64,000 nt of DNA from an uncultured cyanobacterium (GTDB taxonomy: Bacteria; Cyanobacteriota; Cyanobacteriia; PCC-9006; JAAUQQ01), in contig OY970368.1 of assembly GCA_963718615.1 (NCBI GenBank), positions 4,032,001-4,096,000 of the forward strand, given 5' to 3'. The notes under the pieces are model-generated. The model searched no databases, was not told where the DNA came from, and saw only the letters and a program-made list of their open reading frames with translations. Shown here piece after piece: positions 44,150 through 53,291 of this stretch. Within the stretch, counting starts at the first letter, position 1; every line of letters begins with the position of its first letter. The translations under genes and the position numbers were made by a program.

Positions 44150-46885
44150 ATGAAAATGACCCCTGGCACAATGAATGAATTATTGACCCAGCCTGGTTGT
44201 GAACACAATCACAAGAAAAACGGCAAGGGACATCATAAAGCTTGTCAGCAGCAGGCTAAGCCCGGAGCTGCTCAAGGGGGCTGTGCTTTTGATGGAGCTA
44301 GTATTGCGCTGGTGCCGATTACCGATGTAGCGCATCTAGTACATGGTCCGATCGCCTGTTCAGGCAATTCTTGGGGTGGACGAGGGAGCCTGTCTTCGGG
44401 ACCTATGCTCTACAAAATGGGCTTTACAACCGATCTGAGCGAAAACGACATTATTTTTGGTGGGGAAAAGAAGCTCTTTCAGGCCATTCAAGATATTCAA
44501 GCCCGCTACCAACCTGCCGCAGTTTTTGTCTATTCTACCTGTGTCACAGCCTTGATCGGAGATGATCTGAATGCAGTCTGTAAGGCAGCAGCGGAGAAGC
44601 TTGAGATTCCAGTTGTTCCCATTCATTCTCCGGGTTTTGTCGGGAGTAAAAATCTAGGCAATCGCCTAGCGGGAGAGGCGTTGCTAGAGCATGTCATTGG
44701 AACAACTGAGCCCGAATATACAACTCCATACGATATCAATCTGATTGGAGAGTACAACATTGCAGGTGAACTATGGGGCGTTTTGCCCTTGTTTGAAAAA
44801 CTTGGTATTCGGGTTTTAGCCAAAATTACAGGAGATGCCCGCTATCAGGAAGTGGCCTATGCCCATCGAGCTAAACTCAATGTGATGATCTGCTCAAAGG
44901 CGCTGATCAATTTGGCCCATAAGATGCAGGAGCGCTATGGTGTTCCTTACATTGAAGAATCCTTCTACGGTGTAGAAGATCTCAATCGTTGTTTACGAAA
45001 CATTGCTGCAAAGCTCGGAGATGAAGACTTAAAGGCACGGGTAGAAACCTTGATCGCCGAGGAAACGGCTAAGCTTGAACAGGCTATTGCACCCTATCGC
45101 GATCGCCTTCAGAACAAGCGGGTAGTTCTCTATACCGGTGGTGTCAAGAGTTGGTCTATCATCTCTGCGGCTCAAGACTTAGGGATTCGAGTCGTTGCTA
45201 CCAGCACTCGCAAGAGCACGGAAGAGGACAAAGCACGCATCAAAACGCTGTTGGGCGAAGACGGCATAATGATGGATAAGGGAGGCGCGACGGAACTGCT
45301 GCGAGTGATTGAGCAAACCCAGGCCGATCTGTTAATTGCTGGAGGACGAAACCAGTACACCGCCCTCAAAGCCCGAATTCCATTCCTCCACATCAACCAA
45401 GAGCGTCACAATCCTTACTCGGGTTATGGCGGTTTGTTGGAGATGGCAAAGGAATTGGACGAAACCTTGCATAGTCCAGTCTGGGGTGAAGTCAGGCAGC
45501 TTGCCCCCTGGGATGCCTCTTCCGGTCTCACAGCACCGCAATCCTCAGTTGCACCCACTACTGTAGTCGCCCGCAGAAAAGCTGTCACCGTCAATCCCCT
45601 CAAACAGAGTCAACCCCTTGGAGCGGCTCTAGCCTTCCTAGGGATCCAGGGTGCAATGCCACTTTTCCATGGTTCGCAAGGCTGCACAGCCTTTGCCAAG
45701 GTGTTGCTGGTTGGACATTTTCAGGAATCAATCCCACTGGCAACCACCGCCATGGGAGAAGTCAGCACAGTCCTGGGAGGGGATGAGAATGTCGAAATTG
45801 GCATCATGACGATTATTGAGAAAAACCAACCGGAACTGGTTGGACTCTTCACGACAGCCTTAACAGAAACCCGAGGCGATGACATGAAGGGAATTTTGCG
45901 CGAGTTCCATCAAGCGCATCCTGAAGTGAATTTGCCAGTTGTTTTTGCATCTACACCGGACTACAAAGGAAGTTTACAGGATGGATTTGCGGCTGCGGTG
46001 GAAAGCTTGGTGCAAACCCTGCCAGAAGCCGGGGACGTCAATCCTCGACAGGTCACGCTACTCGCCAGTTCTGCCTTAGGTCCAGCGGATGTGGAGGAGC
46101 TCAAGGAAATCGTGGAATCCTTTGGCCTAAGCCCCATTGCGGTCCCCGACCTTTCTACCTCCCTAGATGGTCATCTAGACGATGCAGACCACTATACAAC
46201 TCCGACGGGCGGCACGACGGTAGAGCAACTGCGGGCCGTAGGTCGCTCGGCCCTGACGCTGAGTTTGGGAGGGAGTATGGCAGGGGCCGCTGAAATTTTA
46301 ACCCAGCGATTTGGGACGCCTGTGGCTCAGCTTGACCAGGTGACGGGATTAGGAGCCGTTGATCGCTTCCTCCAGACCCTAGCTCAACTTAGTGGTCAAC
46401 CGGTCCCGGCCAAATATCAGCGTCAGCGACGGCAGTTGCAAGATGCCATGCTCGATACCCACTTTTATTTCGGTCGAAAACGGATTGCGATCGCCCTCGA
46501 ACCCGATTTACTCTACAACATTGCCTGGTGGATCCACAGCACTGGCGCTGAAATTCAGGCTGCCGTAACCCCAATCCAGTCTCCCTTACTCAAAACCCTG
46601 CCGCTGGAAAAAGCCTATATCGGTGATTTTGAGGATTTTGAAAACCTTGCCGCCGGAGCCGATTTATTGATTACCAACTCTAAGGCCCGACCTCTTGCCC
46701 ACCGCTTGAATATTCCCCTCTACCTCCATGGATTTCCCATGCTAGAGCAACTGGGTAATGGCCAACGGTGCACTGTAGGGTATCGCGGCACGATGAAGCT
46801 CCTGTTTGACATTGGCAACTTGTTACTAGAGGCCGATGAAGCACGAGTTCATCAGTTGGTTCACCACTGGCGGGATGGACAATGA
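44150..46885 (+). CDS. nifEN: Fused FeMo-cofactor scaffold NifEN
   Basis: NifE half (GGCAFDGA, HGPIAC, YTGGVKSWS) is continuous in frame with the NifN half (NPLKQSQPLGA, HGSQGC). Confidence 0.96.
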   Translation: MKMTPGTMNELLTQPGCEHNHKKNGKGHHKACQQQAKPGAAQGGCAFDGASIALVPITDVAHLVHGPIACSGNSWGGRGSLSSGPMLYKMGFTTDLSENDIIFGGEKKLFQAIQDIQARYQPAAVFVYSTCVTALIGDDLNAVCKAAAEKLEIPVVPIHSPGFVGSKNLGNRLAGEALLEHVIGTTEPEYTTPYDINLIGEYNIAGELWGVLPLFEKLGIRVLAKITGDARYQEVAYAHRAKLNVMICSKALINLAHKMQERYGVPYIEESFYGVEDLNRCLRNIAAKLGDEDLKARVETLIAEETAKLEQAIAPYRDRLQNKRVVLYTGGVKSWSIISAAQDLGIRVVATSTRKSTEEDKARIKTLLGEDGIMMDKGGATELLRVIEQTQADLLIAGGRNQYTALKARIPFLHINQERHNPYSGYGGLLEMAKELDETLHSPVWGEVRQLAPWDASSGLTAPQSSVAPTTVVARRKAVTVNPLKQSQPLGAALAFLGIQGAMPLFHGSQGCTAFAKVLLVGHFQESIPLATTAMGEVSTVLGGDENVEIGIMTIIEKNQPELVGLFTTALTETRGDDMKGILREFHQAHPEVNLPVVFASTPDYKGSLQDGFAAAVESLVQTLPEAGDVNPRQVTLLASSALGPADVEELKEIVESFGLSPIAVPDLSTSLDGHLDDADHYTTPTGGTTVEQLRAVGRSALTLSLGGSMAGAAEILTQRFGTPVAQLDQVTGLGAVDRFLQTLAQLSGQPVPAKYQRQRRQLQDAMLDTHFYFGRKRIAIALEPDLLYNIAWWIHSTGAEIQAAVTPIQSPLLKTLPLEKAYIGDFEDFENLAAGADLLITNSKARPLAHRLNIPLYLHGFPMLEQLGNGQRCTVGYRGTMKLLFDIGNLLLEADEARVHQLVHHWRDGQ

Positions 46886-46968
46886 AACCATTTGTCAAGG
46901 ATTGAAATAAGCCCCTCAAATGACCCAATTGACCCACCTACTGTTTATTGAATCCAAAGGAGATTCCC

Positions 46969-47394
46969 ATGAAAATAGCCTTTGCCACGAATGATGCTGT
47001 TCATATTAATGCTCACTTTGGCTGGGCCAGTCGCATTGATGTCTATGACGTTGATACTGAAAGGTACACCTTTTTAGAAACTTTAGCGTTTCAGGGCGAC
47101 CTCAAAGAAGACGGCAATGAAGACAAACTAGAACCGAAACTACAAGCTTTAGCCGACTGCACCATTGTCTACGTTTCCGCGATCGGAGGCAGTGCTGCCG
47201 CCCGTCTGATTCGGAAAAATATTACCCCTATCAAGGCCCAATCCGAAGCAGACGAAATTGAGGATGTGCTCACTCGACTGGTACAAACCCTCAACGGCAG
47301 TCCCCCTCCTTGGCTACGCAAGGCCCTGCTCAAAAGCCAACCCCACACCTTTGAAACTGAGTTTGAAACCATCGAAGAGGAAATTTTAGTATGA
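46969..47394 (+). CDS. nifX: NifX
   Basis: AAGGAG RBS, MKIAFAT...NAHFG, IGGSAAA. Confidence 0.94.
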   Translation: MKIAFATNDAVHINAHFGWASRIDVYDVDTERYTFLETLAFQGDLKEDGNEDKLEPKLQALADCTIVYVSAIGGSAAARLIRKNITPIKAQSEADEIEDVLTRLVQTLNGSPPPWLRKALLKSQPHTFETEFETIEEEILV

Positions 47395-47903
47395 GTCCTG
47401 TTAAAACCCCCACCCCATCCGCTACCACTCTCAATACTCCCAATGAAGCCTTGGCCGCTACCTTAGTAGTTGATAGCTCCCTCTTTCTCAAGGCATTAGT
47501 CCAGCAAATTCGTGCGAATGATGCCTATGGTACTTATCGGAATTGGGCTGACCATTTGCTACTCAAGCCCTATATCCTATCCAAGAAAGAGCGCCGGGAT
47601 ATTTCTGTCGAAGGCGATGTCGATCCCATTACGTTAGGACGAATTTTAGGGTTTTATCGGGCGATCGCCGCTCGCATTGAAGAAGAAACCGGTCAACTTT
47701 CCCAGGTCGTCATTGATTTAAGTCATGAAGGTTTTGGCTGGGCCTTGATCTTCTCCGGTCGTTTAATTCTAGTCTCTAAGACACTGCGCGATGCTCAACG
47801 CTTTGGTTTTGATTCCCTAGAGAAACTTCATGCCGAAGGTGAAAAGCTTGTACAAAAAGGCGTTGAGCTGGGTAATAAATTTCCGGAGGTTTGTAATCTT
47901 TAA
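47391..47903 (+). CDS. NifX-associated protein (DUF269)
   Basis: IRANDAYG, SHEGFG, LRDAQRFGF. Confidence 0.9.
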   Translation: MSPVKTPTPSATTLNTPNEALAATLVVDSSLFLKALVQQIRANDAYGTYRNWADHLLLKPYILSKKERRDISVEGDVDPITLGRILGFYRAIAARIEEETGQLSQVVIDLSHEGFGWALIFSGRLILVSKTLRDAQRFGFDSLEKLHAEGEKLVQKGVELGNKFPEVCNL

Positions 47904-47924
47904 TCTATAACCAATCTCCTGCTT

Positions 47925-48176
47925 ATGTCTCAGACGACTCCCTCGATATCCGCCGATCTGCCCATGAGTAATCCCTCCAATCTTGATGAACTCAGACAGC
48001 AAATTAAACGACTCAACAGCAAAGCAGGTCAAATGAAGATGGACTTGCATGATATTGCAGAAGGATTACCCAACGATCTAGACCAATTACCTGACATAGC
48101 CGCTCGTACCTTTGAGATTTTTTGTCAACTTCGCAATCTCAAACAACAGCTTAAAACTTTAGAGGAACAGCCATGA
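47925..48176 (+). CDS. CCE_0567/DUF683-family nif-associated protein
   Basis: [17 protein letters not shown] signature. Confidence 0.88.
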   Translation: MSQTTPSISADLPMSNPSNLDELRQQIKRLNSKAGQMKMDLHDIAEGLPNDLDQLPDIAARTFEIFCQLRNLKQQLKTLEEQP

Positions 48177-48496
48177 TGACTACAACCCGATCCCTCGCCA
48201 AATTCAACCAGCTTCGTAATGCCGAAGATTATTTTGAGTTTTTCGAGCTAGATTACGATCCCCAAGTGGTCAATATTAATCGTTTGCACATTCTTCGCAA
48301 GTTTTCCCAGCTTGTGCAAACGATGGATACCCAAGGGCTTGAGACCGACGAGCAAAAGCTGACCATCTATCGTAACGCCTTACAAATGGCTTACGACTTA
48401 TTTCTAACCTCTAACTCGGTGCAGCAAAAACTCTTTAAAGTCTTCCAAGACAAGCCCAAGAACGTCGTTATGCTGTCGGAAATTGGCCTGGAGTAG
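48173..48496 (+). CDS. nifW: NifW
   Basis: [26 protein letters not shown]. Confidence 0.94.
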   Translation: MMTTTRSLAKFNQLRNAEDYFEFFELDYDPQVVNINRLHILRKFSQLVQTMDTQGLETDEQKLTIYRNALQMAYDLFLTSNSVQQKLFKVFQDKPKNVVMLSEIGLE

Positions 48497-48500
48497 TCCC

Positions 48501-49286
48501 ATGATCAACTCACTCACGCCTACAGAAATTGAACGCTACCGTCGGCAAATGATGTTGCCCGATATCGGCGAATCCGGCCAGATTCGGCTAAAAAACACAA
48601 CGGCTTTAGTAACAGGCGTGGGTGGCCTCGGCGGGACAGCTGCATTATATTTGGCAGTTGCCGGAGTGGGTAAACTCATTCTTGTTCGAGGTGGGAATTT
48701 ACAACGAGATGATCTAAATCGGCAGATTCTGATGACCGATGACTGGGTTGGAAAACCTCGGGTCTTCAAAGCCCAGGAAACCCTAACCCAACTTAACCCG
48801 GATATCAAAATTGAGGCGGTTTGTGAGTATGTAAGCAGAGAAAACATCGATGCCTTGGTCCAACAATCCGATATTGCCTTGGATTGCGCTTTCGATTTTC
48901 AAGAGCGGGATTTGCTCAACGCCGCCTGTATCCGCTGGGAAAAACCCATGGTTGAAGCAGCCATGAATGCGATGGAGGCTTATCTCACCACCATCGTACC
49001 CGGTCAAACCCCCTGCCTTACCTGTCTTTTTCCTGAAAAGCCGGAGTGGGATCGCTGGGGCTTTGGCGTCCTAGGCGCAGTCTCGGGAACCTTGGCCTGT
49101 CTAGCCGCACTGGAAGCCATCAAGCTCGTGACCGGTTTAGGAAAACCCTTGCTTGGACAACTTCTAACCTTAGATCTCGCACAGGCCAAATTTGCCAAGC
49201 ATCGGACTTACCATGATTTGGATTGTCCGGTCTGTGGGACGTTAAGTCGCCAGAAACGGTCTGATCCATTACCTATCCCTCTTTAG
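48501..49286 (+). CDS. hesA: HesA (MoeB/ThiF family)
   Basis: ERYRRQM, GVGGLG, DLNRQ, CLTC, CPVC. Confidence 0.92.
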   Translation: MINSLTPTEIERYRRQMMLPDIGESGQIRLKNTTALVTGVGGLGGTAALYLAVAGVGKLILVRGGNLQRDDLNRQILMTDDWVGKPRVFKAQETLTQLNPDIKIEAVCEYVSRENIDALVQQSDIALDCAFDFQERDLLNAACIRWEKPMVEAAMNAMEAYLTTIVPGQTPCLTCLFPEKPEWDRWGFGVLGAVSGTLACLAALEAIKLVTGLGKPLLGQLLTLDLAQAKFAKHRTYHDLDCPVCGTLSRQKRSDPLPIPL

Positions 49287-49307
49287 CATTGAATTCTATG
49301 GTGACCT

Positions 49308-49613
49308 ATGACCTGGATTGCATTAGCACTCTTTGGCGTGGCGCTTGTTCTCTGGCGACACAGTCAATTTCAAAAAGACGAAATCGTTCGTTTTTTACAA
49401 CTTTCAATCGCCTTAGTTTGTTTGATGAGTGGTCTCGTGATGGCCCACTGGCTACTCAACCTGAGTATCCTGATTAGCCTCCTCATTTATCCCACCTGCT
49501 CTCCCTACAAGGATCGGATTTTCAACTCCAATTGTTCTCAGCTTTGTCTGCGAAAAAATCAGTGTAAATCTGAATCTATCCGTCCAACTCTAACCCCTAG
49601 AAAATTGTCATGA
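49308..49613 (+). CDS. Small hypothetical membrane protein with Cys-rich tail
   Basis: Fills the hesA-hesB gap and overlaps the hesB start (ATGA). Hydrophobic segments, then C-x10-CxxxC-x4-C. Confidence 0.55.
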   Translation: MTWIALALFGVALVLWRHSQFQKDEIVRFLQLSIALVCLMSGLVMAHWLLNLSILISLLIYPTCSPYKDRIFNSNCSQLCLRKNQCKSESIRPTLTPRKLS

Positions 49614-49975
49614 GTGTTACATTAACCGAACTTGCTGAACTACACCTACGAACCTTTGTGCGTGCTGTTCCTAATGGTACTCCTGAGCGAGGCATTCGTC
49701 TTGCCGTTAAAGATGGAGGCTGCAATGGATACGAATACGATATCAAAATTGCAGATGCCCCCCAGGCCGAAGATGAAATCACCCAAGTGGGAAGTCTCAG
49801 AGTTTTTGTAGATCCCAATAGTGCTCCATTATTAGACGGTATCATCGTGGACTACGTCGATAGCTTGCTTGAAAGTGGCTTCAAATTTACCAATCCTAAT
49901 GCTACTGACACCTGCGGCTGCGGCAAATCGTTCCAAACCGCAGATTGTAGTACTCCCGGTGTTCCCTGTTCTTAA
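49610..49975 (+). CDS. hesB: HesB/IscA Fe-S carrier
   Basis: GGCNGYEY, NPNATDTCGCGKSF. Confidence 0.93.
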   Translation: MSVTLTELAELHLRTFVRAVPNGTPERGIRLAVKDGGCNGYEYDIKIADAPQAEDEITQVGSLRVFVDPNSAPLLDGIIVDYVDSLLESGFKFTNPNATDTCGCGKSFQTADCSTPGVPCS

Positions 49976-50005
49976 GGTGTTCCCTATTCTTAGCTCAATT
50001 GCTCA

Positions 50006-50048
50006 ACTCCACTACCCTATCACCCCATTACCCTATCACCCCATTACC
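50006..50048 (+). repeat. Five octamer tandem repeats (ACCCYATY type)
   Basis: ACTCCACT ACCCTATC ACCCCATT ACCCTATC ACCCCATT. Confidence 0.75.
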
Positions 50049-50059
50049 TCTTTCTTACC

Positions 50060-50359
50060 ATGACTACCTATCAAGTTCGCCTCATCAACAAAAAGCGCAA
50101 TATCGATATTACGATTCCGGTAGAAGACGATACCTATATCATTGATGCAGCTGAAGATAACGATATTGAGCTTCCCTTTTCCTGTCGTTCTGGAGCCTGC
50201 TCTAGCTGTGTAGGTAAACTTGTAGAAGGCGAAATCGATCAAGATGATCAATCCTTCTTAGATGACGAGCAAATGGCCAAAGGGTTTGTCGTTTTATGCT
50301 CTGCTTATCCTCGTTCAGATTGCACGATTAAGACACATATGGAAGCATATCTAGTGTAG
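50060..50359 (+). CDS. fdxH: 2Fe-2S ferredoxin FdxH
   Basis: YQVRLINKK (FdxH-type Lys pair), CRSGACSSC. Confidence 0.92.
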   Translation: MTTYQVRLINKKRNIDITIPVEDDTYIIDAAEDNDIELPFSCRSGACSSCVGKLVEGEIDQDDQSFLDDEQMAKGFVVLCSAYPRSDCTIKTHMEAYLV

Positions 50360-50396
50360 AAATAGAAACATCTGTTGCAAAGCCAAGGAGTCAAAA

Positions 50397-50645
50397 ATGT
50401 TTGCCAGTTTTACAGTTTCTGGAACCTCACTTAAGCTACTCAAAGCCGGTGAGCGAGGCGTTATTTCTAGACTCAATAACGTCAATCCAATGATGATCGA
50501 AAAAATGAGAAAACTCGGGCTAATTCCTGGGACTCGCTTAACTGTCGAGCAGCAATTTCCTCGATTTTTAGTACGTACACATCAGGGCTCTTTTGCCCTG
50601 AGCCAGCCCATGATTCAGGCTATTTACGTGCGGATTGCAGAGTAG
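50397..50645 (+). CDS. feoA: FeoA-domain protein
   Basis: LKAGERGVI...[13 protein letters not shown]3-like pattern. Confidence 0.8.
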   Translation: MFASFTVSGTSLKLLKAGERGVISRLNNVNPMMIEKMRKLGLIPGTRLTVEQQFPRFLVRTHQGSFALSQPMIQAIYVRIAE

Positions 50646-50662
50646 AGACAAAGGAGAAAACA

Positions 50663-50962
50663 ATGAGCTATTTAACTGGAACAACCCTCGGTGGTGGAAC
50701 CTGGACACCTCAATTTTTACAGAAGATTAGTTGGGAAACCTGTCTAGGTTGTGGACGTTGCTTTAAAGCCTGCGGTCGTGGTGTCATGTCTTTGATTGCC
50801 CTGAACGATGAGGGAGAGGTGGTCGATGAGGATGACGACGACGATGAGGTTGAACGTAAGGTTATGAGTATTGTGCAGGCTGAAAACTGTATTGGCTGTC
50901 AGGCTTGCGATCGCGTCTGTCCCAAATCTTGCCATAGCTATGCTCCTTTGGCCCTCGCTTAA
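50663..50962 (+). CDS. fdxB: Ferredoxin III, nif-specific
   Basis: [16 protein letters not shown], acidic loop, [12 protein letters not shown]. Confidence 0.9.
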   Translation: MSYLTGTTLGGGTWTPQFLQKISWETCLGCGRCFKACGRGVMSLIALNDEGEVVDEDDDDDEVERKVMSIVQAENCIGCQACDRVCPKSCHSYAPLALA

Positions 50963-50985
50963 GACAACTGCGTTTTGGACTTCTG

Positions 50986-51636
50986 ATGAAACATGAAGAC
51001 CGGTGGCCAAGCTATTATCAAGCTGTCAGTGGCCGCCCTCCTCGGGAGACACTGCTGACAGCTTTGGATCTCTTTGCAGCAGATCGTTCCGCCTGTGCTT
51101 TGAGGGAAACTGCTCCTTTTGCGATCGACCTAGGCTGCGGAAACGGGCGAGACACGATTGAACTGTTACGGCGGGGATGGCAAGTTTTGGCCATTGATGG
51201 ACAGGCAGAAGCGATCGCCCGTTTAAACCAGGAAATCGCCCATTTAACCCCTCTAGAGTCATCCCTAGAAAATTACCTCAAGACTCAACTGGAAACCCAA
51301 ATTCAGCCCTTTGAGCAGCTAGTTTTATCCCGTCGAGCTGACCTAATTAACGCCAGTTTCTGTCTACCCTTTTGTACTGCTAAGGACTTTCCACGTCTCT
51401 GGTATCTAATTTTATCGACTTTAAAACCCGGTGGAAGATTTTGTGGCCATCTCTTTGGCGATCGCGATGATTGGTCTGAACGTCCCTATCTTCTAACCCA
51501 TACTCGTACCGATGTTGACCAGTTGCTCTCCTCATTAACCGTTGAATGGTTTTATGAAGAAGAGCATTCTGGTCAGACACCTCTGGGAGAAGATAGGCAT
51601 TGGCATATCTTCAATATTGTTGCCCGAAAAGTCTAG
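50986..51636 (+). CDS. Class I SAM-dependent methyltransferase (TehB-like)
   Basis: IDLGCGNGRD, LKPGGRF. Confidence 0.85.
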   Translation: MKHEDRWPSYYQAVSGRPPRETLLTALDLFAADRSACALRETAPFAIDLGCGNGRDTIELLRRGWQVLAIDGQAEAIARLNQEIAHLTPLESSLENYLKTQLETQIQPFEQLVLSRRADLINASFCLPFCTAKDFPRLWYLILSTLKPGGRFCGHLFGDRDDWSERPYLLTHTRTDVDQLLSSLTVEWFYEEEHSGQTPLGEDRHWHIFNIVARKV

Positions 51637-51842
51637 TCAATAGCAACCATAACATCTGAAGCTTTGATCACGGCAAAAGCCTCTCCGTTGACTTCTAAAT
51701 TCAACTGTTCAGCAGAAGATTTTGTGATCACTGATGTAATTTCTACTCCAGGAGAGATTTCAATGACCACCTCTGCATTAACAGCACCTATGATAACTGA
51801 TTTGATAATTCCCTTAAAACTATTGCGAGCGCTAATCTTCAT
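51633..51842 (-). CDS. mop: Molybdate-binding TOBE/Mop protein
   Basis: MKISARN, SVIT, AVIKASDV. Confidence 0.92.
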   Translation of the reverse strand: MKISARNSFKGIIKSVIIGAVNAEVVIEISPGVEITSVITKSSAEQLNLEVNGEAFAVIKASDVMVAID

Positions 51843-52161
51843 AGAATCCTCGGCTTTGATGAGTGGACAAAATTGATAACTGGCTTAAATACAAGCTATC
51901 AATCATAGGTATTTTTTTTAGTGATCCGGACTACAAAAACTGTTGAATCAAAATTGAATAGCAGACAAATAAAAAGCCTATAAGAATTAAGAGTAAGTTT
52001 TACTTTGTGTCTATCTTAAAGTTGATAAGCTATCACACACAAGCGACAAATGGATGCAAAAGATACAGTTTAAAGTCGCACCAAACTAGATAATATTGAT
52101 TATCTAAAGACGGTTAGATAAAGCAGATTTCTACCGTCTTTCTTAGTTATCATTCTTAATC

Positions 52162-52419
52162 ATGGAACCCTCTGTAGATTCAATATCTCCCCGTCAAGCT
52201 AGCTATTTAGAGTTAATTGATCGCCTCCTCCAATGCCCCAACGGCAAAGAGCCTGAGATTCTAGATGCTTCGCGTGAGCTTTTAGATGCGGGTTTTGTTC
52301 AATCTTTGATGCAGACAGCTAGCTATTTTGCCCATCAAGATAATACTGATGCGGCTAGATTTCTGGTCTTTCTTGCCCGAGAATTGTCCCATCAGCTTAA
52401 TCTCTATCCTCAACCCTAG
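52162..52419 (+). CDS. Small conserved cyanobacterial hypothetical protein
   Basis: YLELIDRLLQCPNGKEPEIL...LLDAG resembles a repeat recalled from the N-termini of cyanobacterial TPR/CHAT proteins. Confidence 0.7.
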   Translation: MEPSVDSISPRQASYLELIDRLLQCPNGKEPEILDASRELLDAGFVQSLMQTASYFAHQDNTDAARFLVFLARELSHQLNLYPQP

Positions 52420-52429
52420 GAGATTCCCT

Positions 52430-53242
52430 ATGTCTAGGCTCAAACGTCGGTTTTTAGTTTCTCTGCTCATTGGAGTCTGCTCCTGTCTGCTTGCTTTGGG
52501 ATGTGGCCTAACATCATGGATGCTCAATAGCGAGAGTGTTGTCGCAAAACCGATTAATCTCACTGTGTCCGCTGCGGCGAGTTTGCAAGACGCACTGAAA
52601 GCCATTGAGCCTCAATTTCGACAAACCCATGCCGAGAGATCCGTAGATTATAATTTTGGAGCCTCTGGTGCACTGCAACGGCAGATTGAACAAGGAGCCC
52701 CTGCCGATATCTTTTTCTCTGCCGCGTCCAAGCAAATGGATGCTCTCGCCCAAAAAGGCTTGATTCTACCCAGTTCTCGTCGCAATCTCCTGACTAATCA
52801 GCTAGTTTTAATCGCGCCTAAAAACTCCTCCTTAAAAATCACAAACTTGGCCCAACTCAAAGATGTTCCGATTAAACACTTTGCCGTTGGTGAATTTAGA
52901 AGTGTTCCTGCGGGTCAATATGCCGAACAGGTTTTTAAGAAATTTGGTTTGCTCAATACGCTGCAACCTAAGTTTGTCTTTGGTAACAACGTCCGTACTG
53001 TGCTAGCTGCGGTTGAAAGTGGAAATGCAGACGTTGGTATGGTTTATGCAACGGATGCAGCACTCTCTAATCGAGTTAAGGTCTTAATCACTGCTCCTGC
53101 ACGTTCCCATGACCCCATTGTGTATCCCATTGCGGTCTTAAAGCGAAGCTCTAATCCTAAGGCGGCTCAAGAATTTATCGATTTTCTGGTGACTGATGCG
53201 GCCCAAGCCGTTTTCAAAAAGTTTGGGTTTAGTCGCTTTTAG
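52430..53242 (+). CDS. modA: Molybdate ABC transporter substrate-binding protein
   Basis: AGGAG RBS, VSAAASL, FGASGAL, VPAGQYA, VYATDA. Confidence 0.95.
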   Translation: MSRLKRRFLVSLLIGVCSCLLALGCGLTSWMLNSESVVAKPINLTVSAAASLQDALKAIEPQFRQTHAERSVDYNFGASGALQRQIEQGAPADIFFSAASKQMDALAQKGLILPSSRRNLLTNQLVLIAPKNSSLKITNLAQLKDVPIKHFAVGEFRSVPAGQYAEQVFKKFGLLNTLQPKFVFGNNVRTVLAAVESGNADVGMVYATDAALSNRVKVLITAPARSHDPIVYPIAVLKRSSNPKAAQEFIDFLVTDAAQAVFKKFGFSRF

Positions 53243-53291
53243 GTCATCTTGAGGGAATTTTGTTTTTCATTCTGCTTTCTATGCCGTTTCT

